Part shown: one piece after another, positions 26,850-37,392 of the stretch
Position numbering within the stretch: the stretch's first letter is position 1
Layout: the number at the start of each line of letters is the position of its first letter
Virus record (IMG/VR): IMGVR_UViG_3300028380_000482
Location: 43,564 to 107,563 of that record
Direction: 5' to 3' (one strand)
Source: a virus
Taxonomy: Duplodnaviria > Caudoviricetes
Length of the DNA stretch: 64,000 bases
The notes under the pieces: generated by a model
Told to the model about the DNA's origin: nothing
Seen by the model: the letters and a program-made list of their open reading frames with translations, nothing else
Databases searched by the model: none
Translations under genes and position numbers: made by a program

Positions 26850-29800
26850 TTATTCGCTCGTGCTATTCACGGTATAGAAGACTTTCGGCGTGGCGTTGAT
26901 GCGCACGTTCGCCATTCCAACGCCGGTCGTTGATAGTGTGGAGTTAATATCACAGTGCATATAGACGTGGTCGCCTGCTGCGGGCGTGTTCGTCAGGGTA
27001 ATAGGGGGACTCGTCGCTTGTTCTTCCCGACCCGTCGCCGCGAGTCCAAAGGTAATGAGCTGTTCATTGGCGACGGTGGTTGATCGCGCCGCAATCACTT
27101 CATTGTCGCTAATCGCTTGCCCCGAGCAGTGCATGGCGACGTTGCCTGCCGGTGAGCCTGCAACACTGTAGAGGGTAGGGCGAACCGTGACAGTGCCCGC
27201 ATTCCAATTGAGGGGCATGGTAAAGTCGAAATCGAAGCCGTCGTTGTCATTGGCGCCGCAGGTGAACACCCCGACTTTCGGCTTTCCGCTTGCCACCACT
27301 TCTTCGGTGTAGACGCAGCCACCAAATTCTTTGGCCCCGACTTCCACCGATTTGAGCGGCTGGGCAGCGGCAGTGGGATACTCGACTTTGCCCGTCACAT
27401 GATTTATCCGCATGTGGGTCAGATTACCAAGCTGAAAATTGATGTCATAACCAGGAGCAGTGGAAGGAGCCCGCACGTTGACATCCCCGTCAGGCTTCGT
27501 CACTAACTGGCACCCGCTGACCGGGTCGCAGTACAGCGTCATGGTCATATCGGTGGGATCGTTACAGTCGCCGTCTCCGGTAATGTCGGTACAGAACACC
27601 ACACCGTTGGCGAGAGAGCTAAGGCCGAGAATTTGCTTGCCACCGTTATAGGCTTCCTGCAAACTCGTGGCCCCTACAGTGTCGGTATCGACAGCAGGTA
27701 AGGAGATCGAAGTGCCAGCCGCGCACCCGCCAGTCGTCGGGCAGTAGAACAACAAGGCAGGATCGGGGGCGGACGCGGGTTGCATACACGTTTGCCCGGC
27801 AGAGAGCGCAACCGTAGTACAATCGGCGGCGGTAATACTCACGGTTCCTGTCCCAGTTCCACAGGCTGCCCCCGTTCCGGCAAAGTTGCCACTAGAATTA
27901 ACCGTAACGCACTCGTTGGCGGGAATCGTTTCGCTCATACGGAGGAGAGAGCCCGAGCCGGTCGGAGTTTTGAGAGACAGGGTATCAAGTACGCCGCTGG
28001 CCGTCTGTTTCGTTGCCCCCAACACGTTCAACTCGGTTTGCGTGGCAATCTGCGGATCGAGCAGGGTTGCTACTTGGGTTGCGGTGAGGTCTTCAGGATC
28101 GCCCGTTGCGGCTGTGACCCGGCCTTTGATCGTGGCGGTTGCCATATCAGCGGCTTTGGTATTGGTCACCGCGTTCGCGGCAATCGTCGTGGCTCCATCA
28201 CCAACTGAGGTGACATCGCCGGTATGGTTCGGAGCGACATAGTTATTGGCGCCGTCGGCGACGTTGATGATCGACCGGACTTGGGCGGGAGTCAGGTCTT
28301 GTGGATCGCCCGTCCCAGCAGCCATGCGTCCTTTGATCGTAGTAGTGGCAATATCGGCAAGTTGCGAATTGGTAACGGCGTTGGGTGCGATGGTCGTGAC
28401 GGTACCCGCTGAGGTGACATCTCCGGTATAATTCGGATGAACGTAATTATTCGCCCCATCGGCGACGTTGAGTAGCGTTCGGACTTGGGCGGGAGTCAGG
28501 TCTTCGGGATCGCCGGTTCCGGCTGAGACACGGCCTTTGAGCAGGCCAGAGGCCATATTGGCAAGGGTCGTATTGCTGACCGCATCCGGCGCCACACGCC
28601 AGTCACTCGCCGCGACTACGACATCAATCTGATTTTTCAGTCCGGTCGTCACCCCGCCGCCCGTCGCGCACGGACCGCCGAATGAGGTGAAGTTTCCGCT
28701 GGCATCCACTTTCACACAGGCGTCGGTGACAAATGCCCCGGTACTCCGCCGAAGGTCCGTCCCCGTTCCAATAATATTGAGGCCACCAAGGAGCGTCAGG
28801 TCATTATCAGCAACTTGTTTCTCGCTATCGAGTTCGGCCAGCGCAGCTTGGACTTGATTCGAGCCAATGGTTCCAGCGGGTATGACACTGATGGCGGACG
28901 CGGCGTGCGCTGCACTGGTCTGATTGATATGCGCCGCGAGTTCGGGTTCCGTCACAAACGACGGATCGAGCAGCGTGACGACCTGCCCGACAGTGAGGTC
29001 TTCAGGATCGCCAGTGGTCGCAGACACACGACCTTTAATCGTGGCGGTCGGCACGTTATTCAGTTTCGCGTTGGTGATGGCATCGGGAACCACGACCCAC
29101 GACGAGCCCGCACCGCCGCCGCCGGTGACAGCGATGTCCCCTTTGGTCCCGTCTACTACAGCACCAATGCCGCACGGCGCACCGACGCTACTCAAGTTAC
29201 CGTTGCTATCAACCTTGACACAATCGTTCGTCACAAAACTGCCAGTCCAGAGCCGAATATCCGCCCCGGTTCCCTGGAGAGTTTTCGTCGCCAGCGGGGT
29301 GAGGGTATCAGCATCGAGCGGCTGCAACGTCGCCACAACGGCATTGAGTTCAGCTTGCGTCGCGACATCTGCCCCGTTACTGAGATTCCCGGAGGCATCA
29401 GTTGTGACGTAATGCCCCGCCGTGAAACTGCCGGTACTGCGGCGCAAATCGCCCCCCGTACCGATGATCGTCAGTCCTGCCACGGTCGTGAGGTCAGGAT
29501 CGGACGGCTGAAGCCCCGTAATGGCTGCCGTCAGTTCGGACGGAATGACGACATCGAAACATGCCTCAACCGCGCCCATCGTATCCACGCCAAGGGGCGA
29601 AAAACCTGGGGAGCAGTTCCCGCCATTGTTGACGAGTGCGGCTGCCGTATTTGGGACAAAGGCGTTGAGTTCGGCCTGCGTCGCTACATCTCCACCGCTT
29701 ACGAAGTTGCCAAAGGTGTCCGTGGTGACGTAGTGGCCGATAGTAAAGGTGCTCGCGCTCCGGCGCAGATCACCGCCCGTGCCAATGATTTGCAATCCGG

Positions 29801-30506
29801 CCAGTATGGTGAGTTCAGGATCGGAGGGTTGCAGCCCGGCGACGGCGGTGGTGAGTTCAGACTGCGTCGCGAGTTGCGGATCTAAAATGGCCGCGACTTG
29901 GGCGGCGGTCAAATCTTCCGGGTCTCCGGTTCCTGCGGTCGTCCGCCCTTTGATAGTCCCATTTGCCATGTTCGCCAGTTTGGCGTTTGAGACGGCATCG
30001 TTGACAATGGTCCAGTTGGTGACCGCATCGACCACATTGATGTCTGCTTTGATACCAGTAGAAACGGTATTATCTCCATCGAGGAGATCGGCGGGCACGT
30101 TTTTGAGCTTGGTCCAATCGACGGGATTGGTCGGCGTATTGATGGTACCGGAGAGCGTGAGCCCGGTCGTCACGGCATCGAGTTCAATCTGACTCGCGAC
30201 ATCGAAACAGCCTTCGACAATCCCGCTGGCATCGATCCCGAGGGGGGCACTTCCAGCGACACAGTTGGCTCCATTCGCCGCAAGTGCTGCGGCGGTACTC
30301 GCCGCGCCACCTGCGGCCCCTTCCACGCGTACCCTGAGCCGTCCGGTGGTCGGATCGAAGTCACAGACGATGCCAGTGCCGACACAATCCATTTGAAAGG
30401 CCGTCCGCAAGAACGTCCCTTCGTCCATCATCCGCATGGGGGGCAGTTCAGCGGAGACGGGCGCAGCTAACAGAACAAGTAGGGAAAGCAGGAAGAGGAA
30501 TATCAT
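26850..30506 (-). CDS. signal-peptide long fibre protein with modular repeats
   Basis: Signal peptide ...APVSA; 5 x KGR...TGDPEDLT..QV; ATQ.EL repeats; paired-Cys units such as CVKVD..GN......C. Confidence 0.8.
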   Translation of the reverse strand: MIFLFLLSLLVLLAAPVSAELPPMRMMDEGTFLRTAFQMDCVGTGIVCDFDPTTGRLRVRVEGAAGGAASTAAALAANGANCVAGSAPLGIDASGIVEGCFDVASQIELDAVTTGLTLSGTINTPTNPVDWTKLKNVPADLLDGDNTVSTGIKADINVVDAVTNWTIVNDAVSNAKLANMANGTIKGRTTAGTGDPEDLTAAQVAAILDPQLATQSELTTAVAGLQPSDPELTILAGLQIIGTGGDLRRSASTFTIGHYVTTDTFGNFVSGGDVATQAELNAFVPNTAAALVNNGGNCSPGFSPLGVDTMGAVEACFDVVIPSELTAAITGLQPSDPDLTTVAGLTIIGTGGDLRRSTGSFTAGHYVTTDASGNLSNGADVATQAELNAVVATLQPLDADTLTPLATKTLQGTGADIRLWTGSFVTNDCVKVDSNGNLSSVGAPCGIGAVVDGTKGDIAVTGGGGAGSSWVVVPDAITNAKLNNVPTATIKGRVSATTGDPEDLTVGQVVTLLDPSFVTEPELAAHINQTSAAHAASAISVIPAGTIGSNQVQAALAELDSEKQVADNDLTLLGGLNIIGTGTDLRRSTGAFVTDACVKVDASGNFTSFGGPCATGGGVTTGLKNQIDVVVAASDWRVAPDAVSNTTLANMASGLLKGRVSAGTGDPEDLTPAQVRTLLNVADGANNYVHPNYTGDVTSAGTVTTIAPNAVTNSQLADIATTTIKGRMAAGTGDPQDLTPAQVRSIINVADGANNYVAPNHTGDVTSVGDGATTIAANAVTNTKAADMATATIKGRVTAATGDPEDLTATQVATLLDPQIATQTELNVLGATKQTASGVLDTLSLKTPTGSGSLLRMSETIPANECVTVNSSGNFAGTGAACGTGTGTVSITAADCTTVALSAGQTCMQPASAPDPALLFYCPTTGGCAAGTSISLPAVDTDTVGATSLQEAYNGGKQILGLSSLANGVVFCTDITGDGDCNDPTDMTMTLYCDPVSGCQLVTKPDGDVNVRAPSTAPGYDINFQLGNLTHMRINHVTGKVEYPTAAAQPLKSVEVGAKEFGGCVYTEEVVASGKPKVGVFTCGANDNDGFDFDFTMPLNWNAGTVTVRPTLYSVAGSPAGNVAMHCSGQAISDNEVIAARSTTVANEQLITFGLAATGREEQATSPPITLTNTPAAGDHVYMHCDINSTLSTTGVGMANVRINATPKVFYTVNSTSE

Positions 30507-30541
30507 GTGGAAGTATCCCGTTGCGTGTGAAAATCATGGTC

Positions 30542-30913
30542 TCACCAAACATTTATTTTGAGATTGACCGTCCCCGCCGTTTCGAGAATGCCGCAGAATT
30601 GCCCCGCCCATCCTGAGTCGATGGTGACCGTGACGGACGCGCCAGGATAGAGCGGCTCCCCAACCGGGGTCGTAATTAAGGTCGTACAGTCCCCTTGGAT
30701 CTTGGTAATCAGTAAGACGGTATTGGAGGACGAGAGCGAGTAGAACGTCACCCCTTTGCGAATCGAGGGGACGAGCGCAACAGCGGTCGCGGTATTGGTG
30801 AGGGCGGTGATCGTCGGGACTGAGGCCCCGTCTTTATAGGCGGGCGGCACTTGTCCCGAGGCAAGCAGCGCAGAAGAAAAAAAGAGCAGGGAGCAAACCA
30901 GGATTCGGAACAT
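30542..30913 (-). CDS. signal-peptide small beta-sandwich protein
   Basis: MFRILVCSLLFFSSALLASG; GEPLYPGASVTV; two Cys in the mature part. Confidence 0.7.
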   Translation of the reverse strand: MFRILVCSLLFFSSALLASGQVPPAYKDGASVPTITALTNTATAVALVPSIRKGVTFYSLSSSNTVLLITKIQGDCTTLITTPVGEPLYPGASVTVTIDSGWAGQFCGILETAGTVNLKINVW

Positions 30914-30974
30914 GATGAGGGGTCCCCCAGGGATCGGTGTAAGAAGGTGAATGCTCTAGCCTTAGTGTACTACG

Positions 30975-31472
30975 CTAGACCTCAGACTTTCTAGGTAGGG
31001 GTTTCTCGTAGTGTTCGATATGCGGGTCGAGATTTTCCACTGCGACCTGCCGATCTTCAGTTGGTTCATACGTGCTCCGCAGTTGCCATTCCGTAGTTCC
31101 ATTTTGATAGGGAGCCTCAGCCAGTCCCCCCGGCTCATCTTGATTGGCTATGAGAATTTGCTCGACGGCTTCGATAAAGACCGTGTACGTATCGAGTAAC
31201 GCGGCAATCACAGGGTCAGGATTGGCGAGATTTTGCGCGAGTGTCACCGTGCGCACGATGTCAGGAAACCTGGCTTTAATTGTATCGGGTGCCCCTTCGA
31301 CTGTGGCAGGCACGGTTTCTTGCACGCCCAAGTAAATGTTGTCTTCGGTCAGGCGGGCGGGCGCGAGATAGAAGCTCGCCGTTCGATTCCGCAATTCAAC
31401 CTCGGCACGCACCAGATATAAAACATCGTAAGTATCGGGATAAATGATGATAGGCGTATCAAGTTTAATCAT
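30975..31472 (-). CDS. hypothetical protein
   Basis: ATGA-coupled to the tail-tip gene; start trimmed to MIKLDTP. Confidence 0.6.
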   Translation of the reverse strand: MIKLDTPIIIYPDTYDVLYLVRAEVELRNRTASFYLAPARLTEDNIYLGVQETVPATVEGAPDTIKARFPDIVRTVTLAQNLANPDPVIAALLDTYTVFIEAVEQILIANQDEPGGLAEAPYQNGTTEWQLRSTYEPTEDRQVAVENLDPHIEHYEKPLPRKSEV

Positions 31473-34400
31473 ACTGAAACCCAAATATAGCCAATGATGG
31501 TACCGCCGATGCTGTAGAGTGGCAGACGGCGGTTTGGTGTCGTGCCAGGGGGCACGGAACTCTGTAAGGCATCCGTCCCGAGGCGGCCCCCGACGAAGGT
31601 CCCAGCCGTGCCGCTGGTACTGAAAATAATATTGTTCGCACTGGTCAGGCCAATCGAGGACCAACGAAAACTGCTCGTCCCGAGCTGTAAAATGATCCCG
31701 TTATTATTGGTGGACGGGCGCAGCTCCAACGCCCCACCCGTCCCGGCGACTTTGGACTGTTCGAGGCCCGCCCCATCCTGAAAGATCAGACTCGCGGGTG
31801 CGCCCACTTGACTTTCTATACGGATGGCCGCCGGGGCATCGATCATAATTTCACTGGCCCCGTTCCCGACCTGATTGACCCGCAGCATCCCGGTAATAAT
31901 TTTCGTCGCACTGAGATCATTGATCTTGGCATTGGTCACCGCCAAATCTTGGATCTTGGCATTACTCACAGCGAGGTCTTGAATCTTCGCCGTCCCCACC
32001 GCTAAGTCTTGGATCTTCGCCGTTCCGACTGCCAAGTCTTGGATCTTGGCCGAACTCACCGACAGATTTTGTAGCTTGGGATTGCTAATGGAGTCATCGG
32101 TGTGATCATCAGTAATCAGTCGCTGAATCAAAATGCTATTGCCAGAAGACGGAGAGAACGGACTCAGGTTTGCTGGGTTGCCCGTCGCGACAAACGTGTT
32201 ATCTCCCACCTTGAACCAGTAATAATACGTGATGCCATAAACAATATCCTGATCGACATGCTTGAGTTGCTTTCCTTGGGCGATGACGACCGCGCTGGCT
32301 GTGTCATTGACGGTATTGCGATAGAAGAGAATCGTTCCCCAATCAGGGGGCACGTTGACCACCGCCTGAATCCCGACCGCCTTGGCTCCGGCTTGCCAGA
32401 GGAGGACCGCACTTCCGGCGGCGGGCGTCGTGGCATCGCCAGGGGCCGGGAACGCCACAATGAGCACCGGCTGGCTAAAGCGGAAGTCCGCCGCGTTGGC
32501 GCCGTTGTAGCTGTAACAGGTAAAGTCATAGCTCAGCCCCGGCTCTAGATTATGCACCGCTTGCACGGCCGTTTGCCCCAGTGTCACTGGCTGCGTCACT
32601 TCGATGAATTGCGCCGACCCGACTACATTAGCCCGGAACTTCAAATCACTGACGTTGAAGTTGGGCGCATTCGCTTGCACCGTCACGGACACTTTCACCG
32701 TCCCGTCGCTGGTCTGAAATGGGACCGCCGCGACGATGGCAAACCCGATCGGTTGCGGGGGGATGGTAAATCGATAATCGACCAGCGGCGGAATGCCGAG
32801 CGACTGCACTGGTTGTGAGACGTAATTGTAAATGTTCGGGTCGAAGCCCTGCACACTGAACGCGAGCCCACCAGCAGACGAGGTCCGTTTCGAGACCAGC
32901 ATAACGCGCCCGTCCAAGTCCGGGTCGTTGCCCGTGTGAAGCTGGATAAGATCGTTCACCTTGACCGCTTGGAGTTCAAGACTATCGGCAGAGAACTCCG
33001 CCCGATACAACGCGGAGGCTTGGTTCTTGGTCAAGTAATAATAGACTTCGCGGTCTACACTACGGACCGCAAGATAGGGAAACTCGCGTGTCACAGTGGA
33101 CCCGTTCGCACTGCCGAGGCGGAGCTGACTGACCGCGTAACTTTCACTGCCACCGAAGTCCCGAATCAGTTGCGCCTTAAAGGTGAGTTGCTTGTATTGA
33201 TCGAGCAAGTTATAGGACGCTGGTTCAAAAGTGATGTTCTCCCAAAACGGCTCGATTTCGCCTTCTCCTGCATGAACCGCGTTCAGGACGTGAATCGCGG
33301 CGCTGTCAGCAGTATCGGTATACTGCCCCAAGTCGTTGACGCCAATCGCTTCGCCGTGAAACGTGAGATCGCCGATTACATCGAGGGCGAGCCGTTGCGA
33401 AGACAACCCCCCTTCGGCAAAGATCGCCGCGCCGTCGAGCACCATCGCTGCGTCTCCGAACGACACGGTATCAATCGGCACCCCGCAGCCATCAATCGGA
33501 TCACTGAGCAACGCTTGCTTTATCGCAGCGGGGTTGTTGCCGTACTCGGTGGAGGTAAACGTAGCACTGATAACGGCGGGTCCACCGTTGGTATCCCGCT
33601 GTGGCGTCGTGAAGCGAACAGTGGTCAGTCCGGGGAGTGGTTCAGCAACGCTCGCGTCGAACGTGACCGCATTACTGCGATACACACTATGAATGCTCAA
33701 TGCGCCTGGCGTCAGCGGCGTGCGAAACGGGCCGTAGTCCCAGGTGTTGGACTTGAACGAACCTGACGTGTTGCCGACCGGGTTGCTCGTCACCGTCGAA
33801 AAAAGGGTCGTCGTCAGATCATCGAAAATGGTGAGTTGCAATTCTCCCTGACTATTGACAATCCGAATATTCCCGAAGTGGGCACCGTATCCGCCGGTGA
33901 CGTTGGATTCACAGCCGAGGGTATAATAAAAAAGGGTCTGCCCGACTAAGGCAGACAGAGAGATAGTCCGCCGATACCACTGATTAAACGCGACCGCGTT
34001 CAGGTCCGTTGCCGGATGGACCGAGAGGCCCGATTGATCGACGGTGCCAGAGGCGCGTAGCGTGATCCCACCAGCGGTGGCGAGGTCAACGGCAATCTGT
34101 GAAGACGGAATGAACCAGCGGACATCGTATTCGAGCACGTCGCCAAACTTAACGAGGTACTGCGGGACGTTATCCATGTTGACGTAACAGAACGACTCGG
34201 CACTGCCGACCATCTGAAACTCAATGTGGAGATAGGGACGCTGGCAGAGCGGGAGGGGAACTTTGTACATCGTCCCCCACGGCCAGATCACAGCCGGGTC
34301 GCCGCTCACGCCCAGATTGGAGAAGTCTGCCGAGGGAAAGACGTCGCGAACCAGTCGTTTCGGAATCTGCACTTGCAGTGGGGCGGCGGCGTTTTCTTCG

Positions 34401-34816
34401 ATGGTGAGGGTTTGTCGTTCTGGCCCGCTATTGATCCGCGTAATGATGCCGCTCTGTCGTTCTAACAGCCTGTTGCTTTCGACTTCCCACAGTTCTCCGG
34501 TGGCTGAGAGTCCGAGCAGTTGGCGAGGCGACGGACCTTTGTTAATGTTGATATTACTCGTGACAGCGGTGATCCGACGCGTGCCGGGCGTCCCGTCGAA
34601 GGTATCGGGCACTTCCTGTTCGAATACGAGCGGACTCAGGAGCTTGGTTTCAATATTGTCGGCGAGCGGAGATTCTTCGACGTAGTCATCGACCTGATAG
34701 CCAGTCGCGTCGTAGCCATCGGCTTCGTAGCCGCCAGGACGAGGAATCGCAGCCGGGTAAAAATCGGCAATCGTTGGGTATCCAGCAACACTCAGGCGAG
34801 AGAGTAACGTCGTCAC
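31469..34816 (-). CDS. tail tip/central fibre protein (hub, inserted carbohydrate-binding-like module, FN3-like domains, 10-aa repeats)
   Basis: Position after the distal tail gene; YYYWFKV FN3-like motif; AV..AKIQDL repeats at about 31915-32090. Confidence 0.75.
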   Translation of the reverse strand: MTTLLSRLSVAGYPTIADFYPAAIPRPGGYEADGYDATGYQVDDYVEESPLADNIETKLLSPLVFEQEVPDTFDGTPGTRRITAVTSNININKGPSPRQLLGLSATGELWEVESNRLLERQSGIITRINSGPERQTLTIEENAAAPLQVQIPKRLVRDVFPSADFSNLGVSGDPAVIWPWGTMYKVPLPLCQRPYLHIEFQMVGSAESFCYVNMDNVPQYLVKFGDVLEYDVRWFIPSSQIAVDLATAGGITLRASGTVDQSGLSVHPATDLNAVAFNQWYRRTISLSALVGQTLFYYTLGCESNVTGGYGAHFGNIRIVNSQGELQLTIFDDLTTTLFSTVTSNPVGNTSGSFKSNTWDYGPFRTPLTPGALSIHSVYRSNAVTFDASVAEPLPGLTTVRFTTPQRDTNGGPAVISATFTSTEYGNNPAAIKQALLSDPIDGCGVPIDTVSFGDAAMVLDGAAIFAEGGLSSQRLALDVIGDLTFHGEAIGVNDLGQYTDTADSAAIHVLNAVHAGEGEIEPFWENITFEPASYNLLDQYKQLTFKAQLIRDFGGSESYAVSQLRLGSANGSTVTREFPYLAVRSVDREVYYYLTKNQASALYRAEFSADSLELQAVKVNDLIQLHTGNDPDLDGRVMLVSKRTSSAGGLAFSVQGFDPNIYNYVSQPVQSLGIPPLVDYRFTIPPQPIGFAIVAAVPFQTSDGTVKVSVTVQANAPNFNVSDLKFRANVVGSAQFIEVTQPVTLGQTAVQAVHNLEPGLSYDFTCYSYNGANAADFRFSQPVLIVAFPAPGDATTPAAGSAVLLWQAGAKAVGIQAVVNVPPDWGTILFYRNTVNDTASAVVIAQGKQLKHVDQDIVYGITYYYWFKVGDNTFVATGNPANLSPFSPSSGNSILIQRLITDDHTDDSISNPKLQNLSVSSAKIQDLAVGTAKIQDLAVGTAKIQDLAVSNAKIQDLAVTNAKINDLSATKIITGMLRVNQVGNGASEIMIDAPAAIRIESQVGAPASLIFQDGAGLEQSKVAGTGGALELRPSTNNNGIILQLGTSSFRWSSIGLTSANNIIFSTSGTAGTFVGGRLGTDALQSSVPPGTTPNRRLPLYSIGGTIIGYIWVSV

Positions 34817-36600
34817 TGTGCCACCCTCACCACCGAGAACTCCGGCGACCGCGCCGCCGTGGCGTTAATATTCTGGTTCCCCCCTGCCGTGTGAGAAACG
34901 CAGAGTTCTACATAGTCTCCGATGTTCATATAGAGGGCGATACTGGGACAACAACAACGAATCTCTGCCGAGCCACCAACTGGACCGCCCTCAATAGCCA
35001 CTTCCACCGTGCCGTTATGGCGGATATGCGCATAGCGTGAGCCGACCGAGCTGCCTGCTGCCCATTCAACCGAGCCGCTCAACATGAACCAGCCTTCCAC
35101 GTCCACTGTCACACGAGAGTTATTTACCGTGGTCGAATGCCAGCCCGGAGCATCGTTTCGCTCCAAATCAAAGCCGATGGGCGTGACAACCCCACTCACA
35201 ATCCCCCCTTGCCCTGTGGTCCGCGTAACTCGACAGCCAAGCATCCCCGGCGCGCCGCGCGCATACTGCTTCGCAGGAGTGCCCCCAACTAAGGTATTGT
35301 CATGGACCGAAGCCGTTGCATAGTTTGCTGGAAGCGAAAGGCCCCATCCCATGAACGCATTGTCGGCGATAATATGCCAATCGTCGGTGGTAATGCTGAG
35401 AAAGTTTCCTGTTCCACTGCCTTTGTCGCTGGTCCGGCAGCCCACCAGGGAGAGCCTCCCACTGGTTTGCAGGATCGTCGAGCTGGTAAAGCTAATATTG
35501 GCATCACGAGGGAAGCTACATCCGGCGACTGTCACTTGCCCGCCGCTCACATGGAGGCAGGTCGTGTTGACGCCTTCGGACGTGTAGAGGCGGCAGCCTG
35601 CCATACTAAGGAACCCGCCCGACACTTGAATCGAGGCCAGGGAATCCGTGACCACCGTCGCGACATGCGATCCGCCAATATCGACCGTACCGCCTTGAAT
35701 AAGAATCGCCTGCTTGCCCGCCACCCCATGCCCAATCGAACAGCCCGCAAGCGAGAGCCGTCCCTCAATCATGATGATGCCACACGAACTATCGAACGTG
35801 CAGGAGGTCATGGTCGTCCACGTCGGACCGGTGGCCCCTAAGAAGAACCGAACCGCCCGCCCACCATTAAACAAACAGTTAGATATGTGGAGGTCATCCA
35901 TCCGGCCACAGTTGATCGGATACGTGGTCGTCGAGGCCGAGAGCGCGGTAATTTGATTCGCATTGCAGCCAAACACCCACGCATGGAGCGAGTCGATATA
36001 GACACTGTCTAAGGAGCCATCGATATGAATCCCGACGTTAAAGGCCGACATCTCCAGATTTTGGATCACAGAACCGCCACTATTGCCGCGCATGTCGATC
36101 CCATCCCAAGCGCGAACAATCCGCACACCGTCCACGCGAAACCGAGGGCAGTTCTGGGCATAGATCGCCGGTACGTAATGGGTCATCGCCGCGACCGTGG
36201 TCACATTGGGTTGATCGAAGACGATTTGCAGATGTTCAACTGAGGACCCGAGTTCGCCACCCCGGAGATGAATCACCCCCGGTGTCGCCGTCGTTCCTGC
36301 CGGGACATGAATCTTGGTTTGGTCGGCACCCGCGCCGATCAAACGGACTTGGCGGTCGGTGGGGAAGACGATAGCCGTGACAGAGCGATAGGTTCCCGGT
36401 GGTACAAAGACGCAGCCACCTGAAAGCGGAACCGCATTGATCGCGGCTTGAATCGCCGTCCCGTCGTTGCCGGTATCATTGCCGAGGGCTCCGTAGGCCG
36501 CTTCTTTGACATCGAAGTGCAGATTATTAGCAAAGTTAATGACCGCCGTGGTATCTTGCGGCTGATATTTGACGGGAGGAATCCGGGTAACAAGTGTCAC
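34813..36600 (-). CDS. tailspike, pectate-lyase-like beta-helix (no signal peptide)
   Basis: YGALGNDTGNDGTAIQAAINA...VFVPPGTY; C-terminal C1q-like sandwich. Confidence 0.82.
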   Translation of the reverse strand: MTLVTRIPPVKYQPQDTTAVINFANNLHFDVKEAAYGALGNDTGNDGTAIQAAINAVPLSGGCVFVPPGTYRSVTAIVFPTDRQVRLIGAGADQTKIHVPAGTTATPGVIHLRGGELGSSVEHLQIVFDQPNVTTVAAMTHYVPAIYAQNCPRFRVDGVRIVRAWDGIDMRGNSGGSVIQNLEMSAFNVGIHIDGSLDSVYIDSLHAWVFGCNANQITALSASTTTYPINCGRMDDLHISNCLFNGGRAVRFFLGATGPTWTTMTSCTFDSSCGIIMIEGRLSLAGCSIGHGVAGKQAILIQGGTVDIGGSHVATVVTDSLASIQVSGGFLSMAGCRLYTSEGVNTTCLHVSGGQVTVAGCSFPRDANISFTSSTILQTSGRLSLVGCRTSDKGSGTGNFLSITTDDWHIIADNAFMGWGLSLPANYATASVHDNTLVGGTPAKQYARGAPGMLGCRVTRTTGQGGIVSGVVTPIGFDLERNDAPGWHSTTVNNSRVTVDVEGWFMLSGSVEWAAGSSVGSRYAHIRHNGTVEVAIEGGPVGGSAEIRCCCPSIALYMNIGDYVELCVSHTAGGNQNINATAARSPEFSVVRVAQ

Positions 36601-36609
36601 AAGTAGTTC

Positions 36610-37392
36610 CTATGCGATAGTCCGAAAGCCCGTATCAATTTCCTGACTAATTCCCTGCCGTGAGATCGACACGCCCCGGTTCCGTTCCCACAAGTACACT
36701 TCCGAAGAGTCATCCAAATTGAAATAGGCCAGAATCCGCTCAGACGGACGAATGAGCCGCAGCCGATGCCACTGCGCGGATTGGGTCGTGCGAAACCGCT
36801 GGCGTGGGGCGAGGGTCTTATAACGAATCCCTGCCGGATAGCCTTCGGTCCAGTCTTTCCCTTCGACACGGTACTCGGGGTCAACGTAGTCTTCAGTCAG
36901 CGGAGCAAAGAAGTTGTGGCTCATGGTGACAATCGAGTTCCCCCATGCGGCGAGACCAATGCGAAAATACGGAGCGCCGTCGGTGGTCGATTGGGCGGGA
37001 ATCTCGAAACGCCCGACGCTGCCACTGTAGGCCGTGGGCAGAAAGAACTTGTAGTAGCCTTCCGGGTCCTGCAAATCCTGGGTGATGGTCCGCATCGTAA
37101 AGGACGGGCTGCCGGTCATGATGTCGGTAAACGTCGTGCCATTGCCGATCCCAATACCGAGCGTGGTGAAGTTGGCGTTCAGAATCGCGACCCAGGTTCC
37201 CGAGCGCACCCCACCGAAGGCGAAGTTGATGGCATTCGGAGTGATGCCACCCGCACGCCATGCTCGCACGAGCGGGCGCGTCCCGTTCCAATCGCCCATC
37301 AACGTCGGTGGAAATCCGGTGAACGAACCTGCCGCCGTTGGTGTGTAGGAGAAGAAGTTATTGGTGGTAATGTACTGGAAGGGACCGGCCAT
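36610..37392 (-). CDS. distal tail-like protein
   Basis: Immediately after the tape measure gene; beta-rich. Confidence 0.6.
   Translation of the reverse strand: MAGPFQYITTNNFFSYTPTAAGSFTGFPPTLMGDWNGTRPLVRAWRAGGITPNAINFAFGGVRSGTWVAILNANFTTLGIGIGNGTTFTDIMTGSPSFTMRTITQDLQDPEGYYKFFLPTAYSGSVGRFEIPAQSTTDGAPYFRIGLAAWGNSIVTMSHNFFAPLTEDYVDPEYRVEGKDWTEGYPAGIRYKTLAPRQRFRTTQSAQWHRLRLIRPSERILAYFNLDDSSEVYLWERNRGVSISRQGISQEIDTGFRTIA

Noticed and set aside
11975-36600. Diversity-generating retroelement or invertible fibre cassette
   Set aside because: There is no reverse transcriptase or invertase, and I saw no adenine-specific TR/VR pair.
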